A DNA stretch of 64,000 nt, from positions 3,164 through 67,163 of the IMG/VR virus record IMGVR_UViG_2912829908_000001. One strand, 5' to 3'. The stretch comes from a virus (taxonomy: Duplodnaviria; Caudoviricetes). Made by a program: the position numbers and the translations under genes. Positions 1 through 9,077 of the stretch are shown here, one piece after another; positions within the stretch are counted from its first letter, which is position 1, and every line of letters starts with the position of its first letter. The notes below the pieces were generated by a model. The model saw nothing but the letters and a program-made list of their open reading frames with translations. It had not been told where the DNA came from and did not search any database.

Positions 1-129
1 GAGTACATCAACGAACTTCGGTAAATAAACGATAGTTGTAACGATGATTGCGACTGTTGCGATTTGTTTTGCTAGCGTCATGAATCGAACCTCCTTTCGG
101 TAACTTAGGTATATTGTACCACATAAATA

Positions 130-143
130 CGAATATGTGTTCG
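130..143. promoter_or_regulatory. LexA (SOS/Cheo) box upstream of the replication block
   Basis: CGAATATGTGTTCG, matching the Bacillus consensus CGAAC-N4-GTTCG type with one mismatch; intergenic, about 30 nt before the RBS. Confidence 0.75.
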
Positions 144-175
144 GTTTTTATAAAAATTTCGGGAGGGATTGCGTA

Positions 176-1264
176 ATGGCTGAAACGAAAAAGTATGTGC
201 GGATTAAGAAGGCGAAGTTTTTGCGTAACTGGTATTCGGCTTATATCGGAAGGATGTATATCGTAATCGGTGAAAATGAAAGCGAATATATTACTCATGT
301 CGGAGACGTACTCAAAGAAGACGCCGAACTATTCGTCACAGAAAAGCGTCCGGCCAAAGTTGGCGAGCGCGTGTTGATTACGGAGGCGTATGCGTATACG
401 GGATGCCCATATAAAAATGGCGATATTAACAACGTGAAAACCGCAGATAAGCATGGACACATTCTCGTCGAAGACCATTCTGTGAGCCTAATACGACGGG
501 AATACGAAGTCATCGTCAATAACGAAGTTGAAAACGAGGAGGCTGACGGAATGGAAAACGTAAATCAAACGGCTATTGATAGCGCGAGCACAGTATTCGA
601 AAAGGTAGGCGAGGATTATATCGGAAGCAAGTCGAGGTTCGGCGATATTCTAATCGGGGCACCATATTCGGAAGCATTCGTAAAAGCCTACGCAAACGAA
701 CGAAAAGATGTCCTGGTGATTCCGAAGACAATTGAATATACTGCGTTTCTCCGCAACGAGGAAATGAAGAAAGTCGCTACGCACGGGCAGACTCCGGCTC
801 ATAAAAGCGCACAAGCCCGCCGTGATGAGATCGTTGAGCAGGCGAAGGCGGACGTTGAGCGACTTAAGGAGAATAACATACGGCTGAGGACGTTTAACAT
901 TTCGTTAGAGGTTAATCGAAAAGACAGATCCGTTGAAGCTATCGCAAAGAGACCAAAGAGTAATAGGGCGTTTTATGGAATCGCCAAAGCCGCACCTGCC
1001 GACTGCTTCAACGTTCACATCGGAAAGGCGATCGCGCTAAGACGTGCGCTAGGCTTGGCGGTGCCTGACGAATACTTGAACGCTCCGCAGCCGACTGAGG
1101 TTCGTGTGGGCGATGTTGTTTCGAATTCGACGGGTGTTTTCGTAGGCGGGGTACTTCCCGACGATTCATGGCGGCCACTTACCGGAAATTGGGTGAGACA
1201 GAGTGACGCACGCAAATATGGCGCGTTAGTCATCGACGACTCACGTGAAGAGGTGGGCGAATGA
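176..1264 (+). CDS. hypothetical phage protein with an SH3/KOW-like segment
   Basis: ORF 137-1264; start moved to ATG 176 behind GGGAGGG; KRPAKVGERVLIT segment. Confidence 0.8.
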   Translation: MAETKKYVRIKKAKFLRNWYSAYIGRMYIVIGENESEYITHVGDVLKEDAELFVTEKRPAKVGERVLITEAYAYTGCPYKNGDINNVKTADKHGHILVEDHSVSLIRREYEVIVNNEVENEEADGMENVNQTAIDSASTVFEKVGEDYIGSKSRFGDILIGAPYSEAFVKAYANERKDVLVIPKTIEYTAFLRNEEMKKVATHGQTPAHKSAQARRDEIVEQAKADVERLKENNIRLRTFNISLEVNRKDRSVEAIAKRPKSNRAFYGIAKAAPADCFNVHIGKAIALRRALGLAVPDEYLNAPQPTEVRVGDVVSNSTGVFVGGVLPDDSWRPLTGNWVRQSDARKYGALVIDDSREEVGE

Positions 1265-1473
1265 AGACGGTAAACGTTACGTATTTCAAACCAACCGGAA
1301 AATTTTATACGCACGAAACGATCGAAATCTCCGAAGAGCTTACCGGCTATCATGCGTTATTTGAAGAGATACCGAAGCATCATCGTATACCAGATATGCG
1401 AATGCTCGTGCAGGATAGCGGAGACGGAAAAGAGCCTTACATTGTCCCGCATCTATACGATCCGATCTATTAA
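1261..1473 (+). CDS. hypothetical protein
   Basis: ATGA overlap with upstream gene, RBS GAGGTGG. Confidence 0.75.
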   Translation: MKTVNVTYFKPTGKFYTHETIEISEELTGYHALFEEIPKHHRIPDMRMLVQDSGDGKEPYIVPHLYDPIY

Positions 1474-1492
1474 CGAAAGGAGGTCTGCGAAT

Positions 1493-2272
1493 ATGACTAA
1501 CGAAAATACTTGCGTACTCGCTGACGGATGCAAAGTGGCCGGGACCGACGCATGTACGCGGCACTGTACGCATTTCATCGCGATGCACGGCGCATCAGGC
1601 GAAGGTGGGCGATCAGGGGCGGCAGGGCTTCCGCGTGAATACCGGCTCGTCACGATGAAGAATTCGCCGGCGCGCGCTGACCAATCCGAAGTCTATAAGG
1701 CGGCCGAAGCTTATGCGGCATCCTTTGCGCGACAGTTCGAACAGAGCGGACCGGTTGCGCCGGCCGACCGCATCAAAGACCTGTATCTGTTCAGCGAATC
1801 GCCGGGCACCGGAAAGACGACGACGGCCGCCGCACTTCTTAATGAATGGCTGCGCGTCCATTATAGCGGCTCCCTGCGGCGCGGCCTCGAACCGTTACAG
1901 CGGCCAGCGTACTTCCTCGACGTGAACGCGTGGCAGAACGAATATAACGAATTCAACCGCCCGCGTGTTCCGGATTCCGTTGCAGAGCCGGCGGCCGCCC
2001 GTTATTATCGCGCATTAGAATCGGCCAAGGTGGCGCCGTTTGCGGTGCTGGACGATATAGGGGTTCGTGATGCAACGGACGGTTTCCGCGGTGATTTGCA
2101 TACCGTTATTAACGCAAGAGTAACAAATCAACTACCGACCGTATACACGAGCAACATTGCGCTCGATCAGCTTTGGCAAGTATTCGGTGAGCGACGTCTG
2201 GCCGATCGGGTAGGCGACTTATGCCGCGAGATTGAATTCGTAGGCGAATCGAAAAGGGGGATGCGTAGATGA
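1493..2272 (+). CDS. DnaC/IstB-like AAA+ ATPase (helicase loader) with Cys/His-rich N-terminus
   Basis: Walker A SESPGTGKT, Walker B VLDDIG, TVYTSN; RBS AAAGGAGG before ATG 1493. Confidence 0.85.
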   Translation: MTNENTCVLADGCKVAGTDACTRHCTHFIAMHGASGEGGRSGAAGLPREYRLVTMKNSPARADQSEVYKAAEAYAASFARQFEQSGPVAPADRIKDLYLFSESPGTGKTTTAAALLNEWLRVHYSGSLRRGLEPLQRPAYFLDVNAWQNEYNEFNRPRVPDSVAEPAAARYYRALESAKVAPFAVLDDIGVRDATDGFRGDLHTVINARVTNQLPTVYTSNIALDQLWQVFGERRLADRVGDLCREIEFVGESKRGMRR

Positions 2273-2796
2273 AAACGGAATTCACCTTCGGAGACCTCGT
2301 CTCGGTTGTCGGGTACGAAAATCGGATATTCTACGTCGATGCTTGGCGCGAAGTAAAGGAAACCGATGAGTGGGGCGTAAGTGAATACGTCGAGTTCGAG
2401 CTGACCGACGCCATAAACGGTGAATTCCTCGACGCGTTCGAAACGGATCTGCGGCTAGTATGCCGGAAACAGTTCGCGGAAGATTACCTTTTAGAGTACG
2501 ATGAGACGGACTATCCGGAGCCGTCGGGCCCATCGTTCCACTTTACGGATGATTTTTCTTTCGGAATAGGTTACGCGAAAAATGAGGCGGTTGGGATGGC
2601 GAGAGAACCGAAGGAAACGCCGAAGACGGCGCGGGCGTTAAGTGCGCAGGAGGTTGCGAAACGTAAACGGAAGACTGACGAGCTGCTGGACGAATACAAC
2701 GATAACATGCGCTTGTACGAGACGTTTGGAGATGCGGAGTATAAAACGAAGGCTGACGCTGTTATGGCGAAATTGAGACGGGAGGCGGGCGAATGA
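2269..2796 (+). CDS. hypothetical protein
   Basis: coupled ORF in the replication operon, 175 aa. Confidence 0.75.
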   Translation: MKTEFTFGDLVSVVGYENRIFYVDAWREVKETDEWGVSEYVEFELTDAINGEFLDAFETDLRLVCRKQFAEDYLLEYDETDYPEPSGPSFHFTDDFSFGIGYAKNEAVGMAREPKETPKTARALSAQEVAKRKRKTDELLDEYNDNMRLYETFGDAEYKTKADAVMAKLRREAGE

Positions 2797-3017
2797 AGCG
2801 CAGAATTAGATACGTTTATACGGATGAAGAGTGGACTAAACAGGTACGCATAGAAAACGTGATCTTCTTCGTCCTATCTCCGATATACTTACCACTAGTC
2901 GCGATTTACTATATCGGGGAAGGCGCTTTATATACAGCTGAGGGGATTGCATTAGGAGTAAGAGCATTAGTTAAACGGATTTTCTTTCGTAAAAATCGAA
3001 GGGAGGAGCGCGCATGA
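2793..3017 (+). CDS. small membrane protein
   Basis: hydrophobic core IFFVLSPIYLPLVAIYYIG; ATGA overlaps. Confidence 0.7.
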   Translation: MKRRIRYVYTDEEWTKQVRIENVIFFVLSPIYLPLVAIYYIGEGALYTAEGIALGVRALVKRIFFRKNRREERA

Positions 3018-4408
3018 ACTACGGAACTTTACTAATATCGAAAGCCATCGAAGCGAACGATCCGAACGCCCTTCTGCGCTTCAATGTTTCCGAAGCCGAC
3101 TTCCAAACGCAGGGCGAACGCAAGGCCTTCCGGTACGTTATGGATTACGCGGAGAAATACCGAGGCCAAGCGCCGACAGCCGAGATGGTTGCGAATGAGG
3201 TGCCGGACTTCCAACCGGATTTTAATATCGAAGCCAGCTACGATTACCTTGCGAAAAACCTCAAAGATCGGGCGGCCGAGCGCGAATTTATCGAGCTGAT
3301 GAACGGCCGTATTGATCCGGAAACCAATCGTCAGGTTCAGGAGCCGCAGCTCGAAAAACGATTTATTGAAGCGCAAAAAAGCGGTGATATGGGAAAATTC
3401 TTCGAGTGGTTGACGGGGCAGGCCGAAAGTCTTAAAATGAGAACAAACGTTCGAAATTCGGTCGGGACGGATATCAAACGGGACATCGACAAGTTTAAAG
3501 CGGAATATGAAAACCGTAAGGCCGGCGAGTCCTTTCGGATCTGGCGCAGCAAATTCGACTTTGTTAATAAGGCGATGGGCGGCTACGTATCGTCGAACGT
3601 GTACGTGATCTACGGAAAGTCGGGGCGCGGTAAATCGGCCGTATCGTTAGAGGAGGTCACTAACTGTGCGATGCAGGGGGCGAACGTTCTGATTTGGTCG
3701 ATGGAAATGGGCTGGTACGAAGTGTTGGTGCGTCTGTACGTATCGATTTCCGGAACCATGGGCGTTACGACTGCGACTCTGGACGGCGTCGATATGGAAG
3801 CCGGATTCAATTCTCGCGATGTACGTCAGGGAAAACTATCCGACGAGTTCGAGGCGGGTTTTATGGAATTCCTTGATCGTCTTAACGAAATCATTCCGGG
3901 AAACATTACGGTGCGAGCTGTCGACGATGAAGACTTCGGCTCAAGAACCCTACGCGACCTAAAATCGGACATTATTGAAACGAAGGCTGACGTCGTGCTT
4001 GTAGATCCGTTTTATTACCTCGACTACGAAGCCAATACGTCAAAGACGGCGGGCGGGGATGCGGCTAATACTTCGCAAAAACTGCGCCGTCTGGCCGGGC
4101 ATACGAAAACGACGATCTTTGCGCTCACACAGGCGGATGAGGATGACGAGAAAGAAACGGAAGACGGAGCGCGCGAGCTTAAGCTGCCGCAGCGTAAGGA
4201 CGTCAAGAAAACGAAAGCCCTGCTCGAAGATGCTGCGTTATTGATTGCGGTTGATACGAACGCGAAAGAAGGACGCGGCTTAATCGGATTGAATAAAGGG
4301 CGCGATGGCGGCGAAGGGGAAGTCGCAGAGATTATCTATCTGCCGCAAATCGGCGTGGTGAAACAGCCGGAAACGGGTGCCGGAGCTGCGGACGTATTCG
4401 AGTTTTAG
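3014..4408 (+). CDS. dnaB: DnaB-like (SF4) replicative helicase
   Basis: GKSGRGKS Walker A, WSMEM, VVLVDPFY, ALTQ, LNKGRDG motifs. Confidence 0.9.
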   Translation: MNYGTLLISKAIEANDPNALLRFNVSEADFQTQGERKAFRYVMDYAEKYRGQAPTAEMVANEVPDFQPDFNIEASYDYLAKNLKDRAAEREFIELMNGRIDPETNRQVQEPQLEKRFIEAQKSGDMGKFFEWLTGQAESLKMRTNVRNSVGTDIKRDIDKFKAEYENRKAGESFRIWRSKFDFVNKAMGGYVSSNVYVIYGKSGRGKSAVSLEEVTNCAMQGANVLIWSMEMGWYEVLVRLYVSISGTMGVTTATLDGVDMEAGFNSRDVRQGKLSDEFEAGFMEFLDRLNEIIPGNITVRAVDDEDFGSRTLRDLKSDIIETKADVVLVDPFYYLDYEANTSKTAGGDAANTSQKLRRLAGHTKTTIFALTQADEDDEKETEDGARELKLPQRKDVKKTKALLEDAALLIAVDTNAKEGRGLIGLNKGRDGGEGEVAEIIYLPQIGVVKQPETGAGAADVFEF

Positions 4409-4542
4409 ATCGTTTGGAATTTACCGGATGATATTGTCAACAATTACATCTAAATTTTTGAATATTTTCGACAAATTGCGACTGTAAGTTTCGTAACAAT
4501 GTCGTAATATAATTTACAAGTCTCGAAAGGAAGTGTCTCGAA

Positions 4543-5538
4543 TTGCCGATATTAACTTTGAATGGGCGTTTTGTAGACGTCGACATTCGGTATGAGCTCG
4601 AACAATTCGACTGGACCCGGCCGACGTGGGGCGATGAACGCCTGCTGGCCGCCAGTCCATTCAGATACGATCGGACTCCGAGCTTTTACGTATATCTCGA
4701 AGACACAGCGTCTGCAAAAGCCGGCTATTGGGGCGACTCAGGCGCTTATGACGAAGAATTTGCGCGGGGCGGGTTCGTTAAACTGCTCGCTTTCCTGCGC
4801 GGCGAAACCGAAGACGACGCAATCGATTACTTATTGGAAACGTATGCACCGGCGGCTGAAGGCGGACGTATGGCGCTGCGGCTCCCGAAATTAAAGGCCG
4901 TCACGAAGCCGGAGCCTTTGCCGGAATCGATCCTCGCTGACACAACGCCGGGGCCTAACGCTTATCTAACGGGCCGGGGCATTGCGGACGCGGCCCAAGA
5001 AGAGGCCGGCGTATCGCTTGCCGGAAATGCAGTCGCGATTCCTTGGCGGCTTCCTAACGGCCGGCTGGCAAACGTTAAGTATAGGGCAACGAAGGGAAAG
5101 GCGTTCTGGTACGTAAACGGCGGCATGCCTATCCGGTACTTAGTGTACGGAATGGATCTCGTATACGCGCAGCGGCTTAAAAGCGCGGTGATATGCGAGG
5201 CCGAAATCGATGCTATGGCGTGGCGATCAGCGGGCATACCGGCGATCGGAACAGGCGGCAGCACATTTAATTTACAGAAGGCGGACATAATTGCGCAGTC
5301 TCCTATCGAATATTTAACGGTAGTTACAGATAACGACAAAGCTGGCGAAAAGTTACGGCGGGAGATTGAGCGTTATTTGATCGGAAAGGTGCGGCTTGCG
5401 CACGGTTATATTACGGAGGTGAAAGACGCTGATGAACTACTTATAAAGCGCGGTACAGAAGCGTTGCGAGACGTGTATGATCGTGCGGAGGTCGTAAGAA
5501 ATACTTTGCGTTTAGGTTCGGGAATTCCCGTACTTTAG
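4543..5538 (+). CDS. DNA primase (TOPRIM)
   Basis: ICEAEIDAM and VVTDNDKAG TOPRIM motifs, KDADELL; TTG start after AAAGGAAG. Confidence 0.85.
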   Translation: MPILTLNGRFVDVDIRYELEQFDWTRPTWGDERLLAASPFRYDRTPSFYVYLEDTASAKAGYWGDSGAYDEEFARGGFVKLLAFLRGETEDDAIDYLLETYAPAAEGGRMALRLPKLKAVTKPEPLPESILADTTPGPNAYLTGRGIADAAQEEAGVSLAGNAVAIPWRLPNGRLANVKYRATKGKAFWYVNGGMPIRYLVYGMDLVYAQRLKSAVICEAEIDAMAWRSAGIPAIGTGGSTFNLQKADIIAQSPIEYLTVVTDNDKAGEKLRREIERYLIGKVRLAHGYITEVKDADELLIKRGTEALRDVYDRAEVVRNTLRLGSGIPVL

Positions 5539-5554
5539 GTCGGCGGAGGTTGTA

Positions 5555-5794
5555 TTAACCCTCCGTGTTGCTGTCGGATACCTCAATCCAATCGTACAGA
5601 TCTTCGGGCGCGCAGCCGAGCATCATTGCGATATTGTAGGTTCGTTCGATGCTCGGCAGATTCCGAAGGCTGACATAATCGGACATGTGCGTTTTTGATA
5701 CTCCGACCATTGCTGCGAGTTGACTGAGACTAATTCCGCGTTTCTTGCATAGTTCGGGTATCCGACATTTGCCGACCTTAAACGTGATAAACAC
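5555..5794 (-). CDS. XRE-family HTH regulator (true start may be ATC at 5788)
   Basis: ISLSQLAAMVGVSKTHMSDY HTH; the ORF-track GTG overlaps the GGAGG RBS. Confidence 0.8.
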   Translation of the reverse strand: MFITFKVGKCRIPELCKKRGISLSQLAAMVGVSKTHMSDYVSLRNLPSIERTYNIAMMLGCAPEDLYDWIEVSDSNTEG

Positions 5795-5847
5795 CTCCGT
5801 ACTACATCAAATAAGGTGTCACGGAGGAAATTATAGACTATAAACAG

Positions 5848-6060
5848 TTATTTTTCCACTTCGTCAGGAGAGATTCGAACTACTTTCTCAATTGGGACAT
5901 TTAACTTTAGACATAAGAACTCAATGGTACGAAGGTTGACTGATTCATTATTACTAAGTCTCCTCTGAGTTTTGGAATTAAAATTCTCTCCCCTAAAGTG
6001 ACTTAGCTTCATACCTCTTTCTTCTAATAATTCGAATAGCGGAGAGTAATCAATCATCAT
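5848..6060 (-). CDS. Cro/CI-type HTH regulator divergent from aimR
   Basis: MIDYSPLFELLEERGM...VNLRTIEFLCLKLNVPIEKVV; start trimmed to ATG 6060/6057. Confidence 0.75.
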   Translation of the reverse strand: MMIDYSPLFELLEERGMKLSHFRGENFNSKTQRRLSNNESVNLRTIEFLCLKLNVPIEKVVRISPDEVEK

Positions 6061-6154
6061 CCAACAACCTTTCAAGGAAAATTTGTTTACAAAAAGGAAC
6101 ATTTTGATTATACTAAAAATAGGATAAGACGTAAAGAGCGGAGGGGTACTCAGA

Positions 6155-7333
6155 ATGACGTCAATTAGAGACGAATTTGTGCAAATAAGGCAAGAACGCG
6201 AATTAAGTATACCACGAATTTCTTTAGAAGCGGACATTCACCAGGATTGCTTATACGGACTTGAGGAAGATGGGGGAATAGGTTTTAGGCAGCTTCTACA
6301 TTTATCCAGATATTTATTCGGAGCTGACTACGATCAAAAAATGAGGGAATGGTGTCTAAAGTTAAATTCAACTGAAACTTTGAAGCAAGCCTTTGAGTAT
6401 GCTGCCCTAAAGAGGGATATTGGACTTCTGCAAGAGCTTATTGACCAAAACAGGAATGACCCTGGTTTAAAGAACTACATCAACACTTACACGATCATTT
6501 GTGATTTCATGACAGATAAAATAAACTTCAGTGAGATGTCTTCTAGGATAAGTAAATTAAAGGTATCAAGCGACAAGGATCTGGCCTTGTTTAAAAGGAT
6601 TTATAATTGCGTGTCACTGTACTATCGAAAAGAATTTCTTGAAATGACGAAAGAAGCAAAAGCTATTGATGTAGAATTAAAGAAAATAAATAGCTCAAGA
6701 CAAAGGCAACGAGCGTTTTTTAAAGAGTGTTTTTCGTATAGGTTGTCTGAGATACTGGCACCAGCCTATTTGCATCTTAATGAATTAGATCTATGTCGAA
6801 AACACGCTAAGGTCCTAATCTCTACAGCGTTAAATCAGAAGCATATATCTGATGGGTATTACTGTTTAGCAATGTCCTATCTAGCTGAAAACCCAGAACT
6901 AAGCATAAAGCTCTTAAATCAAAGTAAATTAGCCGCCGAGAAGACAGGATATGATGCGTTAATTAAGATTGCGGACAGCAATTTATTTTTCGCGAAACTT
7001 TACTTCGATTTTAAACAGGGAAGGGTTGAAGTCCCTGATCTAAACCTGCTATCAAAACAACTTCTTTTGGGAGGTGATGCTGACTTTATAGTATACTTCG
7101 ATTATATCCAGCACAAAACAACTCAAGAGGCGTATAAGGGCTGGCGGTATTTTTTAGGGAAGATGAATTTCCTGTTCGCGTCCCTATCTGCTGATTTTTT
7201 ATTAACCTTAGGCGTTGATGAGGATCAAGTCCAAGCACTAAAGTCAATTACATTCGAAAAGGGAGAGGTTATTTATGAAGAAAATTTTATTAGCAGTTTT
7301 AGTTTTAGGGGCGCTGGTCTCAACGTATCTTAG
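6155..7333 (+). CDS. aimR: arbitrium receptor AimR (HTH + TPR, RRNPP family)
   Basis: 392 aa, N-terminal HTH, LKQAFEYAALKRD, helical repeats; followed by a secreted pro-peptide gene. Confidence 0.85.
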   Translation: MTSIRDEFVQIRQERELSIPRISLEADIHQDCLYGLEEDGGIGFRQLLHLSRYLFGADYDQKMREWCLKLNSTETLKQAFEYAALKRDIGLLQELIDQNRNDPGLKNYINTYTIICDFMTDKINFSEMSSRISKLKVSSDKDLALFKRIYNCVSLYYRKEFLEMTKEAKAIDVELKKINSSRQRQRAFFKECFSYRLSEILAPAYLHLNELDLCRKHAKVLISTALNQKHISDGYYCLAMSYLAENPELSIKLLNQSKLAAEKTGYDALIKIADSNLFFAKLYFDFKQGRVEVPDLNLLSKQLLLGGDADFIVYFDYIQHKTTQEAYKGWRYFLGKMNFLFASLSADFLLTLGVDEDQVQALKSITFEKGEVIYEENFISSFSFRGAGLNVS

Positions 7334-7406
7334 TTCAGGTAGCACTCAACAAGCATCGAATGATGATAGTAGCGTCAAGGTTGCAGAAATAAAAGTAGGC
7401 GGATAA
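7275..7406 (+). CDS. aimP: arbitrium pro-peptide AimP, 43 aa MKKILLAVLVLGALVSTYLSSGSTQQASNDDSSVKVAEIKVGG; predicted mature peptide EIKVGG
   Basis: hand-translated, not in ORF track; RBS GGGAGAGG, Sec-type signal peptide, cleavage inferred after V-A. Confidence 0.88.
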   Translation: MKKILLAVLVLGALVSTYLSSGSTQQASNDDSSVKVAEIKVGG

Positions 7407-7418
7407 GTGTTTAGGGAT

Positions 7419-7443
7419 GGGCCGTGCAGACGGCTCTTTTTTT
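7419..7443 (+). terminator. intrinsic terminator after aimP
   Basis: GGGCCGT-gcag-ACGGCTC followed by T7. Confidence 0.8.
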
Positions 7444-7579
7444 ATTTTGATTATTCGGAAAAATCGCTAAAACAATTTTTGTTACTTTACCAAATTTAAA
7501 ACAATTGAAGTTTGTTCCATGCTAATATTTTCTTATAGAGGATAATCAACCAAACAAATGAAAAACTTTTTAAAAATGG

Positions 7580-7618
7580 TGTCTCAAAATCGAATGCATC
7601 CTACCCGTTATATAAGTG
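7580..7618 (+). promoter_or_regulatory. phage-specific promoter-like motif 1 (copy A)
   Basis: TGTCTCAAAA-N10-CCTACCCGTTATATAAGTG, repeated with identical spacing at 22801-22839. Confidence 0.65.
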
Positions 7619-7642
7619 TAGGGCGAAGGGAGAAATGATAAA

Positions 7643-8170
7643 GTGGAAATTAAACAATTTAATAGGTTGCAACTTGCAGCGAACAGCGGCGCAATACCTT
7701 ACGTAGTAAGAGAAGCCGAAAAGTTAGCGCATCTGATTCCGGACTTTACATCGTTTGAGCAGGAATGTTATCAAGCGATCGGGCGGGCGTTAGAAAATCT
7801 CGCTGATAACGGACGCGAAAAGAAGGCGCTGATACAGCGAATTATTCGCGAAACCCGGCATAGATTTGTGAAGAATAGACGATCTAGGGACGAAATTGCA
7901 ATCGAAGCTATTAACGAAGAAGGAACCGTTTGGGAGCCGGAAGACACTTTGGCGAGTGTTGAGGACGCGGTTTTGCTTAAAGAAAAAGTCGCCCTGTTGG
8001 CGCAGGACGACGAAAGAAAAAAACTTATTCTCGATACTTGGACTCGCGGATGTACAAACGATACGGAAGTTTCCACGTTGTTGGCGCAACGTTTTGGAGG
8101 AAATGCTCCGTCCCATCGAAAGTTTATCCAACGATTCCGATCAAACTGTCAACGCGAATTAACAGCTTAA
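7643..8170 (+). CDS. sigma-70/ECF-like phage transcription factor
   Basis: 175 aa; region-2-like SFEQECYQAI, C-terminal helical HTH-like region; preceded by motif 1. Confidence 0.55.
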   Translation: MEIKQFNRLQLAANSGAIPYVVREAEKLAHLIPDFTSFEQECYQAIGRALENLADNGREKKALIQRIIRETRHRFVKNRRSRDEIAIEAINEEGTVWEPEDTLASVEDAVLLKEKVALLAQDDERKKLILDTWTRGCTNDTEVSTLLAQRFGGNAPSHRKFIQRFRSNCQRELTA

Positions 8171-8312
8171 TATTTCTGTCGCAGCTAGACCCGAAGGACT
8201 TTCGCTACGTCCTCATTGTATTGCATATTGTCAACAAATTCAAGGGAACAATTATGCGAACAAGTCCTCGGTCTAGTGCGATTATCCTTAAAATAACGGA
8301 GGCTAACGTACT

Positions 8313-8474
8313 ATGCATACATCGAATTTACCCACATTTAACGAATCTCAAACGCTTTTAGCGCTAGATGAGCGCAAACTCACCGATTTCATTTACCAAG
8401 GCGCATGGCCGCACGATGAAGACCCGGCCGACTATTTGCCGGCTACTCCGATTAAGGCGGTGCGCGTCGGATGA
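8313..8474 (+). CDS. hypothetical protein, 53 aa
   Basis: hand-translated MHTSNLPTF...; RBS GGAGG; ATGA coupling to next gene. Confidence 0.65.
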   Translation: MHTSNLPTFNESQTLLALDERKLTDFIYQGAWPHDEDPADYLPATPIKAVRVG

Positions 8475-8989
8475 TTACCGCCGGTCAGGTCAAGTTTTCG
8501 CACCATGCACGCAAGCGCCTGAAGGAACGTTACAATATTACGAATTTACACGTAGCGCGTAATTGGGTTGCGCAAAAGCTTCAGCACGCAAAGTATCTCG
8601 GAATCACCGTAGATTCTAACGGCAAGGAAGCGCGTATGTACGGCGGAAAAGGAGTCGTTATACTCTTCGCGCTGAATAGCGATTATGTACTGACCGTTCA
8701 TCCTCCCGAAAAGAATACGGCGATCCGATTTATCAACGAAGCGTATTACACGATGAAACAAAGCGTAGAGGCTGCGGTTCAAAATAACGAAAATTATGCC
8801 GCGGAACTTCACGAAGAAATAGCGCACCTGACGGCCGAGCTTAAACGAACGCGATCAAAAGCGAAGAAGATGGCGTACCAAGCGCGAATCAATGCGGTTC
8901 AGATGCGGATTGACGAATTGCCCGCCGAATCCTTCGAATTAAAACGCAGGCTTACAAAAGCGGCGAAAGGAGTTGCGGCGTATGTCTGA
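8471..8989 (+). CDS. hypothetical protein (N-terminal FSHHARKRLKER domain plus coiled coil)
   Basis: ORF track; coupled start. Confidence 0.75.
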   Translation: MITAGQVKFSHHARKRLKERYNITNLHVARNWVAQKLQHAKYLGITVDSNGKEARMYGGKGVVILFALNSDYVLTVHPPEKNTAIRFINEAYYTMKQSVEAAVQNNENYAAELHEEIAHLTAELKRTRSKAKKMAYQARINAVQMRIDELPAESFELKRRLTKAAKGVAAYV

Positions 8990-9077
8990 TCTTTCGTGGG
9001 TGGGACCGATTGCCGCCTTCATCATCGGATTAATACTTTTCGGCATGTGGGCGCAAAGTGGCGAAGACGACGCATGA
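8982..9077 (+). CDS. small membrane peptide, 31 aa
   Basis: MSDLSWVGPIAAFIIGLILFGMWAQSGEDDA; RBS AAAGGAG. Confidence 0.6.
   Translation: MSDLSWVGPIAAFIIGLILFGMWAQSGEDDA

Noticed and set aside
6155-7333. Rap phosphatase/Phr pair
   Set aside because: The N-terminal HTH, phage regulatory context and C-terminal hexapeptide ending GG fit AimR/AimP better.
7558-7638. 26-aa AimX ORF (MKNFLKMVSQ...)
   Set aside because: No well-spaced RBS, and it overlaps promoter motif 1.
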